Assembly: GCA_965249575.1 (NCBI GenBank)
Contig: OZ252244.1
Location: forward strand, 96,001 to 160,000
DNA: 64,000 nucleotides
Origin: Gemmatimonadales bacterium
GTDB lineage: Bacteria > Gemmatimonadota > Gemmatimonadetes > Gemmatimonadales > GWC2-71-9
Direction: 5' to 3'
Positions 41,739-51,687 of the stretch are shown one piece after another; the stretch's first letter is position 1, and the number at the start of each line of letters is the position of its first letter. Both the position numbers and the translations under genes were made by a program. Under the pieces are notes generated by a model, which saw only the letters and a program-made list of their open reading frames with translations, ran no database searches and had not been told where the DNA came from.

Positions 41739-42571
41739 TACCCGATCTCCAGCTCCCGTACGTCGAACGACTCGAGTAGCGTCTCGACATGATCAGCCAG
41801 CACCACGATCTCACTGACCGCTGGCGCGAATCGTGCGCGCTCGAGAGCTCGCAACGCCTCTCCGATTTCCCCGACTGGGAGATCGGGCCGCTCGGATGCC
41901 AGAGCACTCAAACACGCGTCGACCCCAAGACGCGCTTGGGCGGACGGGGCCAGCCGAGAGATGCGCTCCCTCAGCCGCTCGGTGGCAACGGACGCCACCG
42001 CTCGTACCTCGCCCGCCGCGATCCACCGCATGAGCGGCGGCCCGATCTCCTCCGGGACGGAGCTCGACGGCGCCGGCATCGACCGAGCTCGGCGCCTGAG
42101 CACCACCCATCCGAGCACGCCCCCAACGGCGATGCCGCCGAAGATTACGGGGAGCAGCGGTCGACGAAGCGGGCGACCGATGGGTCCTAGAGAGGGTTTT
42201 GGCTCGAGACGGGTGTCGCCTTCGGGCAGCACGGAGGCGAGCGCAACGCGCGCAGTGTCACCGGCGACCGTCCGCCCCGTCCCATCCGGGAAGACCAGTT
42301 CCACCGCCGGCATCGGCAACATATGGGTGCCCGGCTCGAACACCGCAACCGTGTAGCGGATCCATATCCGACCGGCACTGTCCACCGCGACCGGGGCATC
42401 GAGCGGCTCGTACACCGAGGTAGATTCCATGGGGCGGAGCCGCGCCCGAGCGCCGGCGGTTGCGACGACGGTGCGCTCGACCCAGATCGTATCGCCCACC
42501 GTTGCGCCCGACGGAGAGACGGACCACACGGCGGATTGAACCAGCACGGCCGCGAGGAGCGGGTAGGTCAC
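41738..42571 (-). CDS. Bat-operon membrane-anchored hypothetical protein
   Basis: Signal peptide, TVGD beta domain, one TM, ARFA; conserved position between DUF58 and BatA. Confidence 0.75.
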   Translation of the reverse strand: MTYPLLAAVLVQSAVWSVSPSGATVGDTIWVERTVVATAGARARLRPMESTSVYEPLDAPVAVDSAGRIWIRYTVAVFEPGTHMLPMPAVELVFPDGTGRTVAGDTARVALASVLPEGDTRLEPKPSLGPIGRPLRRPLLPVIFGGIAVGGVLGWVVLRRRARSMPAPSSSVPEEIGPPLMRWIAAGEVRAVASVATERLRERISRLAPSAQARLGVDACLSALASERPDLPVGEIGEALRALERARFAPAVSEIVVLADHVETLLESFDVRELEIG

Positions 42572-43464
42572 CGCCGGAGGCGACGCGCCCTCAACGCGAA
42601 GGCCCGGTGTAGCGGGTGGGCATACGGCACGTCCGTCCGGAGCGCTACATGGTCGACGTGCGTTCGTTCGAGCGCGCGGGCTCGCGCCAGCTGGGCGTGC
42701 TCGGCGGCGACGCGCTGCTTGAGCCGCGCCGCCTCATCGGACGTGTCGACCAACATGCGATCCCCGCTCTCGGCATCCTCGAATTCGATCCAACCCGCGT
42801 CTGGGAGAGCATGTTCCCGAGAATCGTCCACCGTGATGGCCACGACTTCGTGGCGGAGTGACAGCCCGCGAAGGTGCTCTTCCCAGCCCGTCGCCCTGAA
42901 ATCAGACAAAACAGCCACGACCGAGCGGTGCCGTAACAGGCGAGACGCGTATTGCAGTGCCGCCCCCAGATTCGTTCCGCGGGCATCCGACTGAAACGCG
43001 AGTAAGTCGCGAATGACGCGGAGGGCGTGGCTCCGGCCCTTGGCGGGAGGCACCACGTGATCGATCCGTTCAGAGAACACCACGGCACCCACTCGGTCAT
43101 TCTGTCGGGCGGCGGCGAGGGCAAGAACCGCCGCCACCTCGACCGCCCGGGCGGACTTCGCGACCGGTTGCCCGAATTCCACGGAGCCCGACCGATCCAC
43201 CACGAGCAGAAGCGTTAGTTCCCGTTCTTCCTCGAACGTCTTGACGTAGGGAGAGCCCATGCGGGCCGATACATTCCAGTCGATAGCGCGAAAATCGTCG
43301 CCGTGTTGATACGATCGGACCTCCGCGAACTCGATACCCTGCCCACGGAACACCGAGCGATACTCCCCGGAGAAAAGGGTCGTCACGAGTCGACGGGTGC
43401 GGAGCTCGATCGCCTTGACCTGCTTGAGTACGTCAGCCGCGACGAACCCCGGAGGAGATGTCAC
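42568..43464 (-). CDS. DUF58 protein
   Basis: GEYRSVFRGQGIEFAEVRSYQHGDD..IDWNVSAR, EEERE, LSDF. Confidence 0.95.
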   Translation of the reverse strand: MTSPPGFVAADVLKQVKAIELRTRRLVTTLFSGEYRSVFRGQGIEFAEVRSYQHGDDFRAIDWNVSARMGSPYVKTFEEERELTLLLVVDRSGSVEFGQPVAKSARAVEVAAVLALAAARQNDRVGAVVFSERIDHVVPPAKGRSHALRVIRDLLAFQSDARGTNLGAALQYASRLLRHRSVVAVLSDFRATGWEEHLRGLSLRHEVVAITVDDSREHALPDAGWIEFEDAESGDRMLVDTSDEAARLKQRVAAEHAQLARARALERTHVDHVALRTDVPYAHPLHRAFALRARRLRR

Positions 43465-44435
43465 GGTGCTTCCACGGTGTCCAGGACCTTCGTAATGATG
43501 CCATCGGGCGTCACGTCTTCGGCTTCGGCCTCGAACGTCAGCAAGACTCGGTGTCGCAGGACGTCAGGTGCCATCGCCTTGACGTCCTCCGGCACTACGT
43601 AGGCCCTGCTCCGCATGAAGGCGTGGGCACGAGCCGCCTGCGCCAAGTAGATCGTGGCGCGCGGACTCGCACCGTAGGCGATCAGTGGCTTGAGGTCGTG
43701 AAGACCAAGTCGCTGGGGCTCGCGCGTGGCTCTTACGAGATCCACGATATAGTCCACGATCTTCTGATCCATGTACAGCTCGGAAATCGCCGTCCGGAGC
43801 GCGAGGATCTCACCGGCCCCGGCGACGGCGTCTATCGGGATTGGCCGCCCCCCAGCCATGCGCCACACGATGTCTTTCTCCTCATCGCGGGACGGGTACC
43901 CCACGCAGACCTTGAGCATGAAGCGGTCGAGTTGTGCTTCCGGAAGTTGATAGGTTCCCTCGTGCTCGATTGGGTTCTGCGTTGCCAGTACGAGGAACGG
44001 ATCTTCCAGCCGGTGCGTTTCCCCCCCGATGGTTACCTGCTGTTCTTGCATCGCCTCGAGCAGGGCCGCCTGCACCTTCGCGGGTGCGCGGTTGATTTCG
44101 TCGGCCACGATGATGTTTGCAAACAGAGGGCCGCGCTTCGGGTAGAACTCTCCCGTTTTCTGGTCAAAGACCATGGTGCCAATGATATCCGCCGGGAGGA
44201 GGTCGGGCGTGAATTGGATTCGCTGGAACGTCGTGCGGATGGTTTCGGCCAGGGACCGGACCGCAAGGGTCTTGGCTAAGCCGGGGACGCCTTCGAGAAG
44301 GATGTGTCCGCCAGTGAGCAGGCCGACGAGCAGTCGTTCCAGCATTCCTTCTTGACCGACCACGCGCTTGGAGACTTCCGAAACGATCGAGCTCGTGAGT
44401 GAGGCATCGCCCGCATGCAGTGGCCGAGTCGTCAT
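43461..44435 (-). CDS. moxR: MoxR family AAA+ ATPase
   Basis: EGVPGLAKT, IQFTPDLLPAD, DEINRAPAKVQAALLEAMQE, LPEAQLDRF. Confidence 0.96.
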   Translation of the reverse strand: MTTRPLHAGDASLTSSIVSEVSKRVVGQEGMLERLLVGLLTGGHILLEGVPGLAKTLAVRSLAETIRTTFQRIQFTPDLLPADIIGTMVFDQKTGEFYPKRGPLFANIIVADEINRAPAKVQAALLEAMQEQQVTIGGETHRLEDPFLVLATQNPIEHEGTYQLPEAQLDRFMLKVCVGYPSRDEEKDIVWRMAGGRPIPIDAVAGAGEILALRTAISELYMDQKIVDYIVDLVRATREPQRLGLHDLKPLIAYGASPRATIYLAQAARAHAFMRSRAYVVPEDVKAMAPDVLRHRVLLTFEAEAEDVTPDGIITKVLDTVEAP

Positions 44436-44516
44436 GTCATCTCTTCCCAGCCGAGCCGCTCCGCCGACCGGCGCGCGTATGCGCCGGCGGGAGCGCCCGA
44501 GGTGATCGGTCGAATT

Positions 44517-46157
44517 TCATCGCTTGATCCGTTCCGCACCGTCTTCGTGTTGAAACACCCAGCTCGCAAACCTCGATGGAGAGACCGGATCGCCGATTTC
44601 CATCGCTCCCCACTCTACGTCGCTACCGGAGGCCGGAGCGCGAGAGCCACGTTCTCCTGCTTGCTGCGCCACGCGGCGGGCACGGTCCACCCAGATCTCG
44701 CAGCTAGCCACACTGACGTCGACCCACCCCCGTGCCGCGGCGTGCTCGACATCGCCCTCTACCGGCAACACGATGACCTTCTCAGCTCTGTAAACTTTCC
44801 TGTCCTGCAGCAGGATCGGAAGGCCAACGGAGATGGGGAGCGATCGGAGATCTGCGTCCGCCGCAAGGAGCTCTGCCTCCCGCGACAGTTCCTCCGGATC
44901 GGCAGCTGCCAGCTCGCGCACGGTCTTTCGGAGGCGTGACAGGATGTATGCCTCATACAGGATCTTGGTAAGGCGCGGAGGGCCAAGCATCTCGAAGGCC
45001 ACCGACCGCACTCCGTGGCGCGCTTCGAGTCGCTGCAGTCGTTCGAGGGCGGAGGCCCGCAGGATAGCCGCTCGATAGGTGGGACCTGCGGTCGCGGAAT
45101 CCAGCGCTGCAACGATGTTGCGCCCCGTCGGGCGCCCTTCGAGCTCCATCACCACGTACTCCGCGACCTCCTCGGGCGTGATGAGCTCCATGGACCCGAG
45201 CGCGGTAACGGTCTCGAATTCCTCTCGAGAGAACACACCGTTCTCGCCGACGTCGATGTGAACCGACTCGATGGCCTTCCCGCTGTCGACCCATCCGGCG
45301 CACCCGGTCCCGAAGGCTTCGTTGACCAGCAAGGGTTCCGGACAATCGAACCGTGCAATGCCCTTCCCGCCCCTTCGGATCGGCCCGAACGCGATCTCTC
45401 GCCATCCGATGGTCGCGGTCGGCTTGATCTCGATTGTCGCCGGGGCACCCGGCGTTCGCCCGATCAGGAACAGGAGCAGCGAATGCGCGCCAGCTACCGC
45501 CGATTTCGTGAGTAACGTGCGAGACGGCCGCTCTTCGGAATGGGTATAGGGAATGTTCAACCCCATCCCCCCGGTGCCGCTGGTGCCGATCTTGACGTAC
45601 GCCTTCGTCTCTGTCGATCGCATCGCGGCAAGCGCGATCTGAACATGACGAATGAGCTGCGGCATGGTGAGCGTCAGAACGTGCTTCTCCGCAAGCTCGG
45701 CGGTGACCGCGCCGTGGCGTGCAGCGTGGAGCAACTCCCGGGCACTCTGGAATACGTCCTGGTAGGCCAGCGCCGTCGCCGTGTTGATGCAATCGACCAC
45801 CGCGTCCGGGTTGTATCGTTTGAGCAGCTGGTACAGAAAGCTCCGTTCGAGAACGTCTTCGTCGAGGTCGTCGAGCAAGCCAGCGACGAGTGCGCCCCGA
45901 TGGGCCGGGTCGGCCAACACCGAACCCTGATCCAGTTGCGCCAGCTCCGATGGGAAGAAGACGTTCCCCCATTCGGTTTCAATGAGTGTATCCCCGCTGC
46001 ACTTCTCAAAGGAGGCCGCCGCATCCCGCACTTCGGCCTCGCGAAGGGAGACCAACACAATTCGCCGGGGCTTGAAATCGAGGAGCCTGCGCACGACGGC
46101 CTGGCCGACGAGACCCGCCCCTCCCAGGACCAGGATGGTGCCTTGCTCGATATTCAT
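44517..46157 (-). CDS. Large uncharacterised Rossmann-fold ('short-chain dehydrogenase'-like) protein
   Basis: LVLGGAGLVG, DCINTAT, GTSGTGGMGLNIPYTHSEE; ATGA overlap with rluB. Confidence 0.8.
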   Translation of the reverse strand: MNIEQGTILVLGGAGLVGQAVVRRLLDFKPRRIVLVSLREAEVRDAAASFEKCSGDTLIETEWGNVFFPSELAQLDQGSVLADPAHRGALVAGLLDDLDEDVLERSFLYQLLKRYNPDAVVDCINTATALAYQDVFQSARELLHAARHGAVTAELAEKHVLTLTMPQLIRHVQIALAAMRSTETKAYVKIGTSGTGGMGLNIPYTHSEERPSRTLLTKSAVAGAHSLLLFLIGRTPGAPATIEIKPTATIGWREIAFGPIRRGGKGIARFDCPEPLLVNEAFGTGCAGWVDSGKAIESVHIDVGENGVFSREEFETVTALGSMELITPEEVAEYVVMELEGRPTGRNIVAALDSATAGPTYRAAILRASALERLQRLEARHGVRSVAFEMLGPPRLTKILYEAYILSRLRKTVRELAAADPEELSREAELLAADADLRSLPISVGLPILLQDRKVYRAEKVIVLPVEGDVEHAAARGWVDVSVASCEIWVDRARRVAQQAGERGSRAPASGSDVEWGAMEIGDPVSPSRFASWVFQHEDGAERIKR

Positions 46158-46903
46158 TCGCGGGTCACGGACGTGCCGCCGTGCTCTGGGCAGGTTTGGA
46201 GCACCTCGATTCGCTTGACCTCAACGCGCGTCAGATGTCGCCACGTGCCTGGACCGAGCGAGCCCAGGCGAATGGGACCATGGGACAGCCGGGTCAGTCG
46301 CTCGACCTTGAGATTGAGCCGTTCACACACTCGCCGCACAATCCGGTAACGACCCTCGGCGAGGACGAGCACGACATCGGTCACGGCGTTGGAGACCGGA
46401 CGGAGATGACTTCGAATCAAGCGCAGGGGACGCCCATCGATCACGATGGGCGCCGAAAGGCCGCGTTCGATAGCGGCCGCTGGCCGGCCGTGAACCCGCA
46501 CCCGGTAGGTCCGCTCGACCTGGTACCGCGGGTGCATCAAACGATTCGCGGCACCGCCTTCCGTCGTCACCAGGAGCAGGCCCGACGACATGATATCCAG
46601 GCGTCCGACGTAGGTGAGCCCCGGAATCTTCGGGAGGAGCTCGAACACCGTTGGCCGATGGCGTGGATCCCTCCGGGTGACCACGTATCCGACCGGCTTG
46701 TGCAACGCGATCCAGGCCGATCGGCTGGGCCCGACACGCTTCCCCGAAACGGTGATTACGTCGGCCTCGGGATTGACACTCATGCCGATCGAGGCAACCG
46801 ACCCGTTCACCCGCACCCGGCCGCCGCGGATCAGATCCTCCGCCCGGCGCCTCGAGGCAATGCCAGCACGCGCGAGCGCGCGTTGGAGGCGCATCGACGT
46901 CAT
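46154..46903 (-). CDS. rluB: RluB/RsuA family pseudouridine synthase
   Basis: S4 domain RLQRALARAGIASRR, HKPVG, catalytic VGRLD..SSGLLL; follows scpAB. Confidence 0.9.
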   Translation of the reverse strand: MTSMRLQRALARAGIASRRRAEDLIRGGRVRVNGSVASIGMSVNPEADVITVSGKRVGPSRSAWIALHKPVGYVVTRRDPRHRPTVFELLPKIPGLTYVGRLDIMSSGLLLVTTEGGAANRLMHPRYQVERTYRVRVHGRPAAAIERGLSAPIVIDGRPLRLIRSHLRPVSNAVTDVVLVLAEGRYRIVRRVCERLNLKVERLTRLSHGPIRLGSLGPGTWRHLTRVEVKRIEVLQTCPEHGGTSVTRE

Positions 46904-47448
46904 TCCGGCGGAGTCCCCATGGCGGGTCGTAGGGCGACCGCCAGCTCTTCCGCCTGCGGTAGCTCTCCGAGCTCTCGTAGCCCGAGCAACTCGAGGAAGG
47001 TGGGCGTCGTGCCGTACAGCAACGGACGCCCCAGCGCTTCCCCCCGCCTGACCACGTCGACCAGCCCGCGCTCCTGCAGGGACCGTAACACGCCATCCGA
47101 AGCAACGCCACGAATCTCCTCGATCTCCGCCCGGCCGACTGGTTGCCGGTAGGCGATGATCGCGAGCGCTTCCATGGCCGCCTGCGACAGCCGGCGGGGG
47201 CGATGGACGATCTGCGCCTCCACAATCGCGTCGGCGAACTCCCGCCGGCTCAACACCTGCATCCCTTCCGCAAGCTCGACCAACTCTACGCCGTGCCCGC
47301 CGTTCGTGTATTCATCTCCCAGCTCGTTGAGTGCGGCTCGAATATCCCCGGGCGATGCGCTGATATCGAGGGACCCCAGCTCTCGGAGAGAGAGCGGACG
47401 GGAGGCCGCAAACAGAGCGGCCTCAATCAGTCGTGCCAGATCCGTCAC
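46900..47448 (-). CDS. scpB: SMC-Scp complex subunit ScpB
   Basis: IEAALF, LSQAAMEALAIIAYRQPV, IRGV, GRPLLYGTT. Confidence 0.96.
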   Translation of the reverse strand: MTDLARLIEAALFAASRPLSLRELGSLDISASPGDIRAALNELGDEYTNGGHGVELVELAEGMQVLSRREFADAIVEAQIVHRPRRLSQAAMEALAIIAYRQPVGRAEIEEIRGVASDGVLRSLQERGLVDVVRRGEALGRPLLYGTTPTFLELLGLRELGELPQAEELAVALRPAMGTPPE

Positions 47449-48157
47449 GCGCGACCTCTAGACCAGAAAACGGCTCGACTTGCACGAGGCGGACATCTCC
47501 GAGCCTGGCCAGCTCCAACAAGGCCAGGAGCACCGACAAGATCTCGGCCACCGTCGGGTGGGCTCCAACGATGTCCGCGAAACTCAGTTCGTCCCGAGCC
47601 CCGAGTAATTCCCGAATGCGTGCTGTGGCCCCCTCGACATCCAGCGGTCGGGGGACGACCCGATGGATGATCGGGCGAGGCATTCCGTCGATCGCGCGCT
47701 CGGCAGCCTCGACCAAGCCCGCGAGATCGATGTGAATTGGAGGCGGCGGGAGCTCGGGTGGATCCGGCACCCAGCCCCGGACGAAATGATCCGCCTGCAG
47801 CCCCGCGCGCGCACTCAGCCACACTGCGACTTCCCGTACTTGTTCGTACTCGAGTAAACGGCGTACGAGTTCCGCTCGAGGATCTTCCCAGTCCTCCTCG
47901 TCCAATGGACGAGGCAGCAGCATCTGGATCTTGATACGAAGGAGCTGCGCGGCCATCTCCAGATAATCTGCCGCCTGATTGAGGCCGAGTGCCGCGATCG
48001 CCGAAAGGAATTGTTCCGCGACTCGAGCGATCGGAATGTCGGTAATGTCGATTTCCTGCTCTCGGATCAGGTGCAGGAGCAGCTCGAGGGGCCCGGAAAA
48101 GTCCTCCAGCTCGACCACGAACGCGCGGTCGGTGGAGAAAGCTACCGGGGTACTCAT
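47423..48157 (-). CDS. scpA: Kleisin ScpA
   Basis: FSGPLELLLHLI, DPRAELVRRLLEY, LALLEL. Confidence 0.95.
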   Translation of the reverse strand: MSTPVAFSTDRAFVVELEDFSGPLELLLHLIREQEIDITDIPIARVAEQFLSAIAALGLNQAADYLEMAAQLLRIKIQMLLPRPLDEEDWEDPRAELVRRLLEYEQVREVAVWLSARAGLQADHFVRGWVPDPPELPPPPIHIDLAGLVEAAERAIDGMPRPIIHRVVPRPLDVEGATARIRELLGARDELSFADIVGAHPTVAEILSVLLALLELARLGDVRLVQVEPFSGLEVARDGSGTTD

Positions 48158-48835
48158 CTACCAGACCGGGAGCGGCTGAAGTGCGAACGGGGCCGCCAGA
48201 TCGAACGCAAGTCCGTAGAGCGCGAATGCGGGCATCAGGAGCGTGAAGAAGAAGCCGCGGAAGAAGATCAAGAGCCCAAGGAGTATGAGAATACCATAGG
48301 GCGCCAAGGCTCGGTAACGTGCCCCGACCCGCGGTGGTAGGAGATGATAAAGGATGTGGGAGCCGTCGAGCGGCGGAATGGGGATCAGGTTGAAAAAGCC
48401 GAGCAGCAGGTTGAGCCAGATACCAATGAAGGCCATCTGCTGGATGAACCCGAGGCTCGTCTCGGTCGAGGTCGCCCGCCCGATGATGCCGATCGCGATG
48501 CTCAATCCGACGCATAGGATCGCAAGCGCAAAGTTGGTCACGACCCCCGCGGACGATACGATGATATCGCCCCGCCGATAGTTCCGGTACTTCCGCGGAT
48601 CGACCGGGACTGGCTTGGCACCGCCGAAGACGAAACGTCCACCCGAGCCGTACCATAGCATCAGCGGGAGGAGCACGGTCATCCACGGATCGATGTGCTT
48701 GAGGGGATTAAACGTGAGACGGCCCATCCGGTACGCGGTGTCATCGCCTTGCCGCAGCGCGGCATAGCCGTGCGCGAACTCGTGCGCCACCATCGAGATG
48801 AGGAGCACGGGCATCGCCAGCAGAAATTCTCGCAT
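48158..48835 (-). CDS. Site-2 protease (M50) family protein
   Basis: HEFAH, GRLTFNP..HIDP, FNLIPIPPLDG. Confidence 0.95.
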   Translation of the reverse strand: MREFLLAMPVLLISMVAHEFAHGYAALRQGDDTAYRMGRLTFNPLKHIDPWMTVLLPLMLWYGSGGRFVFGGAKPVPVDPRKYRNYRRGDIIVSSAGVVTNFALAILCVGLSIAIGIIGRATSTETSLGFIQQMAFIGIWLNLLLGFFNLIPIPPLDGSHILYHLLPPRVGARYRALAPYGILILLGLLIFFRGFFFTLLMPAFALYGLAFDLAAPFALQPLPVW

Positions 48836-48869
48836 GTGGGAGCGTGTTCCGTTGCGTCCGAGTGCGCGT

Positions 48870-48915
48870 AAACTAACGGGCCGCGCTTGACCACACAACA
48901 CGGCCACGGTAGCTT
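48870..48915. promoter_or_regulatory. Overlapping divergent sigma70 promoters (rpsT and S2P-scp operon)
   Basis: + strand TTGACC(48887)-N17-TAGCTT(48910); - strand TTGTGT(48898)-N17-TAGTTT(48875). Confidence 0.6.
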
Positions 48916-48962
48916 TTTAGACTGTACGCGTCACGAGAGTGCGTTCCAGCGAAGGAGATGAT

Positions 48963-49214
48963 GTGCCGAACACCCGGTCGGCGAAAAAGCGGCAGCGTCA
49001 GTCCGTCAGGGCAAACGCCCGAAACCGTGCGAGTCGATCCGCGATTCGCACAGCTATCAAGAAGGTTCGTGCTGCACAGACGGGGAAGGAAGCCGAAGCC
49101 GCGTACCGGAGCGCTGAGGTGCTGCTGGACCGTGCCGCGCGAACCGGCCTCATTCACCGAAACAACGTTGCGCGGCACAAATCGAGGCTGCAAAAGGGTC
49201 TGACCAAGACCTGA
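48963..49214 (+). CDS. rpsT: 30S ribosomal protein S20
   Basis: PNTRSAKKRQRQ...RNRASRSAIRTAIKK...IHRNNVARHKSRL; AAGGAG RBS. Confidence 0.96.
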   Translation: MPNTRSAKKRQRQSVRANARNRASRSAIRTAIKKVRAAQTGKEAEAAYRSAEVLLDRAARTGLIHRNNVARHKSRLQKGLTKT

Positions 49215-49217
49215 CGC

Positions 49218-50126
49218 TTACAGCGCTGCCAGTTCCGCCCCACAGCGCTCGCAGTACCACTCCGTTGGCAGGTTCAGCGCACTGCAGTCCCCACACTTGA
49301 GCGTTTTCTCGGTCGACCCCGACCCCTTTTCGTGGGTAACCGACTGTCCCGAGCCGACGCCTTCGGCCCCGACATCGAGACCGCCCCCGGCCTTGCCTCC
49401 GCCCCGCCCCCCACCACTCGAGTAATCGGCGGTCTTGTACGAACCGCTAGCGCGCGACGCCGCGGGGCCATGCGTATCGTCTTCCGTCACCGACTTCAAG
49501 AACGCGAGCTCGTCGAACGCATTCGTCTGCGACGTCGACGGTGCGGGCTCCTCTTGGGGGTGCCCGCGGCTGGGCGGCGAAGCCCCGACAGGAGGGGGCG
49601 AAGGCACCGAGGCCGATGCCCGGCGGGGTGGTGGCGGGATTTCCTCGGACGCACGAGCCGGCGCCGCTCGTGAGGTCGGCGCCGCTTTCTTTCCCTCGAC
49701 GAGCACCATGACCTCTTCAAGCCGGCCGATTTCCTCATCCACCCGCTTGAGGTCTTCGCGTGCCGTGCCCAGTGCCGTCTGCACGTCCGAGTGCAGCTCG
49801 CGCCACTTGGATTCGTCGTACTCGCCCACGGCATGTCTCAACTCGGCTTCCGCGAGCCGTTCGGCGGCTTGGCCCTCACGCTCCGCCAGCCCCTCTCGGT
49901 TTTCGCGATGGCGCCGAAGCGCCTCCGACAGATCTTCCGTGTAGCCCCTGAGCTCGCCAAGCACATCGGAGAGCCGCTTCCGATAATCGGCCCGGACCCG
50001 CTCTCGAACAGGCTCTGGCGTCTTGTCGGCGGCCATCTCCAGCCGTTCCAGCCAGCGCTCGACCTCACGCCGCTCGGCAAGCAGGCGTTGGATCGCTGCA
50101 ACGGATTTGGATGTGGCCTTAGCCAT
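49218..50126 (-). CDS. Coiled-coil protein with Pro-rich linker and C-terminal zinc ribbon
   Basis: ~140-aa heptad-rich N-terminus, FDELAFLKSV, CGDC-x10-CERC; GGAGG RBS. Confidence 0.85.
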   Translation of the reverse strand: MAKATSKSVAAIQRLLAERREVERWLERLEMAADKTPEPVRERVRADYRKRLSDVLGELRGYTEDLSEALRRHRENREGLAEREGQAAERLAEAELRHAVGEYDESKWRELHSDVQTALGTAREDLKRVDEEIGRLEEVMVLVEGKKAAPTSRAAPARASEEIPPPPRRASASVPSPPPVGASPPSRGHPQEEPAPSTSQTNAFDELAFLKSVTEDDTHGPAASRASGSYKTADYSSGGGRGGGKAGGGLDVGAEGVGSGQSVTHEKGSGSTEKTLKCGDCSALNLPTEWYCERCGAELAAL

Positions 50127-50397
50127 GCAATCCCTCCATACGGCCGCGCCGGCCGGGATTCCAACCAGGGCGTGGGTCGGCCCCCCTTCCCCGAGTTCCA
50201 CCCCACCGTCTTACCCCAATGACGGACCCACGGCCCCAGGGCGCTTCCGCTGATCGCCGGTGCCGCCCCTGAGCGCCTCCGCAAGATAAACTCAGCCCCG
50301 CCACGGCGTTAGCCAGCTTGCCAGGACTCAGAACGCTTAAAGATGTAGGGAACAGCCCCCAGTTCCAAGGCCGGATCCGTGCAACCGCCAGCCGAGC

Positions 50398-51687
50398 TCA
50401 GGCCGTCCCAGCTTCGAAGGCCGTCACCCCCCTCACAATGGTGCGGACCACCCGTCCGCAAACCTCTCGGCCGGCAAACGGCGTGTTTCGGCTCTTCGAT
50501 AGGAATCGGTCCGGATCGACCACCCACCGCACCTCCGGCTCGAACACGACGAGATCGGCGACCGATCCGCGTCTGAGCGATCCACCGGGCAGGCCGAAGA
50601 TCTTGGCCGGCTTGGAGCTCATTCGGTCGATGAGGTCGGACAGCGTGAGCACGCCTCCACGCACCAGCGCGTCGATCCCGAGGGCCAGCGCAGTCTCCAA
50701 CCCCACGATCCCCATCGGCGCGTCGTCAAACTCCCGTTCCTTGGCATCGTAGTGGTGTGGAGCGTGGTCCGATGCCACTACGTCGAGCGTGCCATCCGCG
50801 AGCCCCTCACGGACCGCTGCAATGTCCTCCTCCTCCCGGAGGGGCGGGTTCATTTTCGCATTCGTGTTGTAGCCCTCGCACGCCTCATGAGTCAGCACAA
50901 AGTGGTGCGGAGTCGCTTCTGCGGTTACGAATACCCCGCGTTCCTTCCCGCGGCGGATGATCTCCACCGACCCGCGGGTGGAAACATGACACAGGTGTAC
51001 ATGTCCACCGGTCAGTTCAGCGAGAATCACGTCTCTGGCCACCATGATTTCCTCGGCGGCGGCGGGAATGCCCCTCAACCCGAGGCGGGTCGAGACCAGC
51101 CCTTCGTGCATGACCCCGCCAGCGGCCAGCGTAGGGTCCTCGCAGTGATCGGCGACTGGAATCCCAAAGGTACGGGCGTACTCGAGGGCGGTACGCATGA
51201 GCTGGCTCGACACCACGGGGCGGCCGTCGTCGCTCACCGCTACCGCTCCCGCCCCAACGAGCTCCCCAAATTCGGCGAGTTGCACGCCCTTCTGACCGAG
51301 TGAGATCGCGCCGATCGGATAGACGCGCGCCGCCCGGGCGGTGATCGCCTGTTTGACGATGAATCCGACGGCGGCCTGATTGTCCGTCACGGGGTCGGTG
51401 TTCGGCATAGCGCACACGGCGCTGAAGCCGCCGGCAGCGGCCGCGCGGGCGCCGGTTGCCACCGTCTCCATATGCTCCTGCCCGGGCTCTCGCAGGTGCA
51501 CGTGCACATCGATCAGCCCCGGCGAGACGATTTTCCCGGACACGTCGATTCGCTCCGCGTCGTCGGGTGGGCCCAGCCCGCGACCGATCGCCTCTACCTT
51601 TCCCTCGGCGAGCAGGACATCGGCGACGTCGTCGAAATCTTGGGAGGGATCGACGACCCGGCCCCCGGTGAAGAGAATCGGCCTCAT
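50398..51687 (-). CDS. pyrC: Dihydroorotase
   Basis: [31 protein letters not shown]. Confidence 0.96.
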   Translation of the reverse strand: MRPILFTGGRVVDPSQDFDDVADVLLAEGKVEAIGRGLGPPDDAERIDVSGKIVSPGLIDVHVHLREPGQEHMETVATGARAAAAGGFSAVCAMPNTDPVTDNQAAVGFIVKQAITARAARVYPIGAISLGQKGVQLAEFGELVGAGAVAVSDDGRPVVSSQLMRTALEYARTFGIPVADHCEDPTLAAGGVMHEGLVSTRLGLRGIPAAAEEIMVARDVILAELTGGHVHLCHVSTRGSVEIIRRGKERGVFVTAEATPHHFVLTHEACEGYNTNAKMNPPLREEEDIAAVREGLADGTLDVVASDHAPHHYDAKEREFDDAPMGIVGLETALALGIDALVRGGVLTLSDLIDRMSSKPAKIFGLPGGSLRRGSVADLVVFEPEVRWVVDPDRFLSKSRNTPFAGREVCGRVVRTIVRGVTAFEAGTA

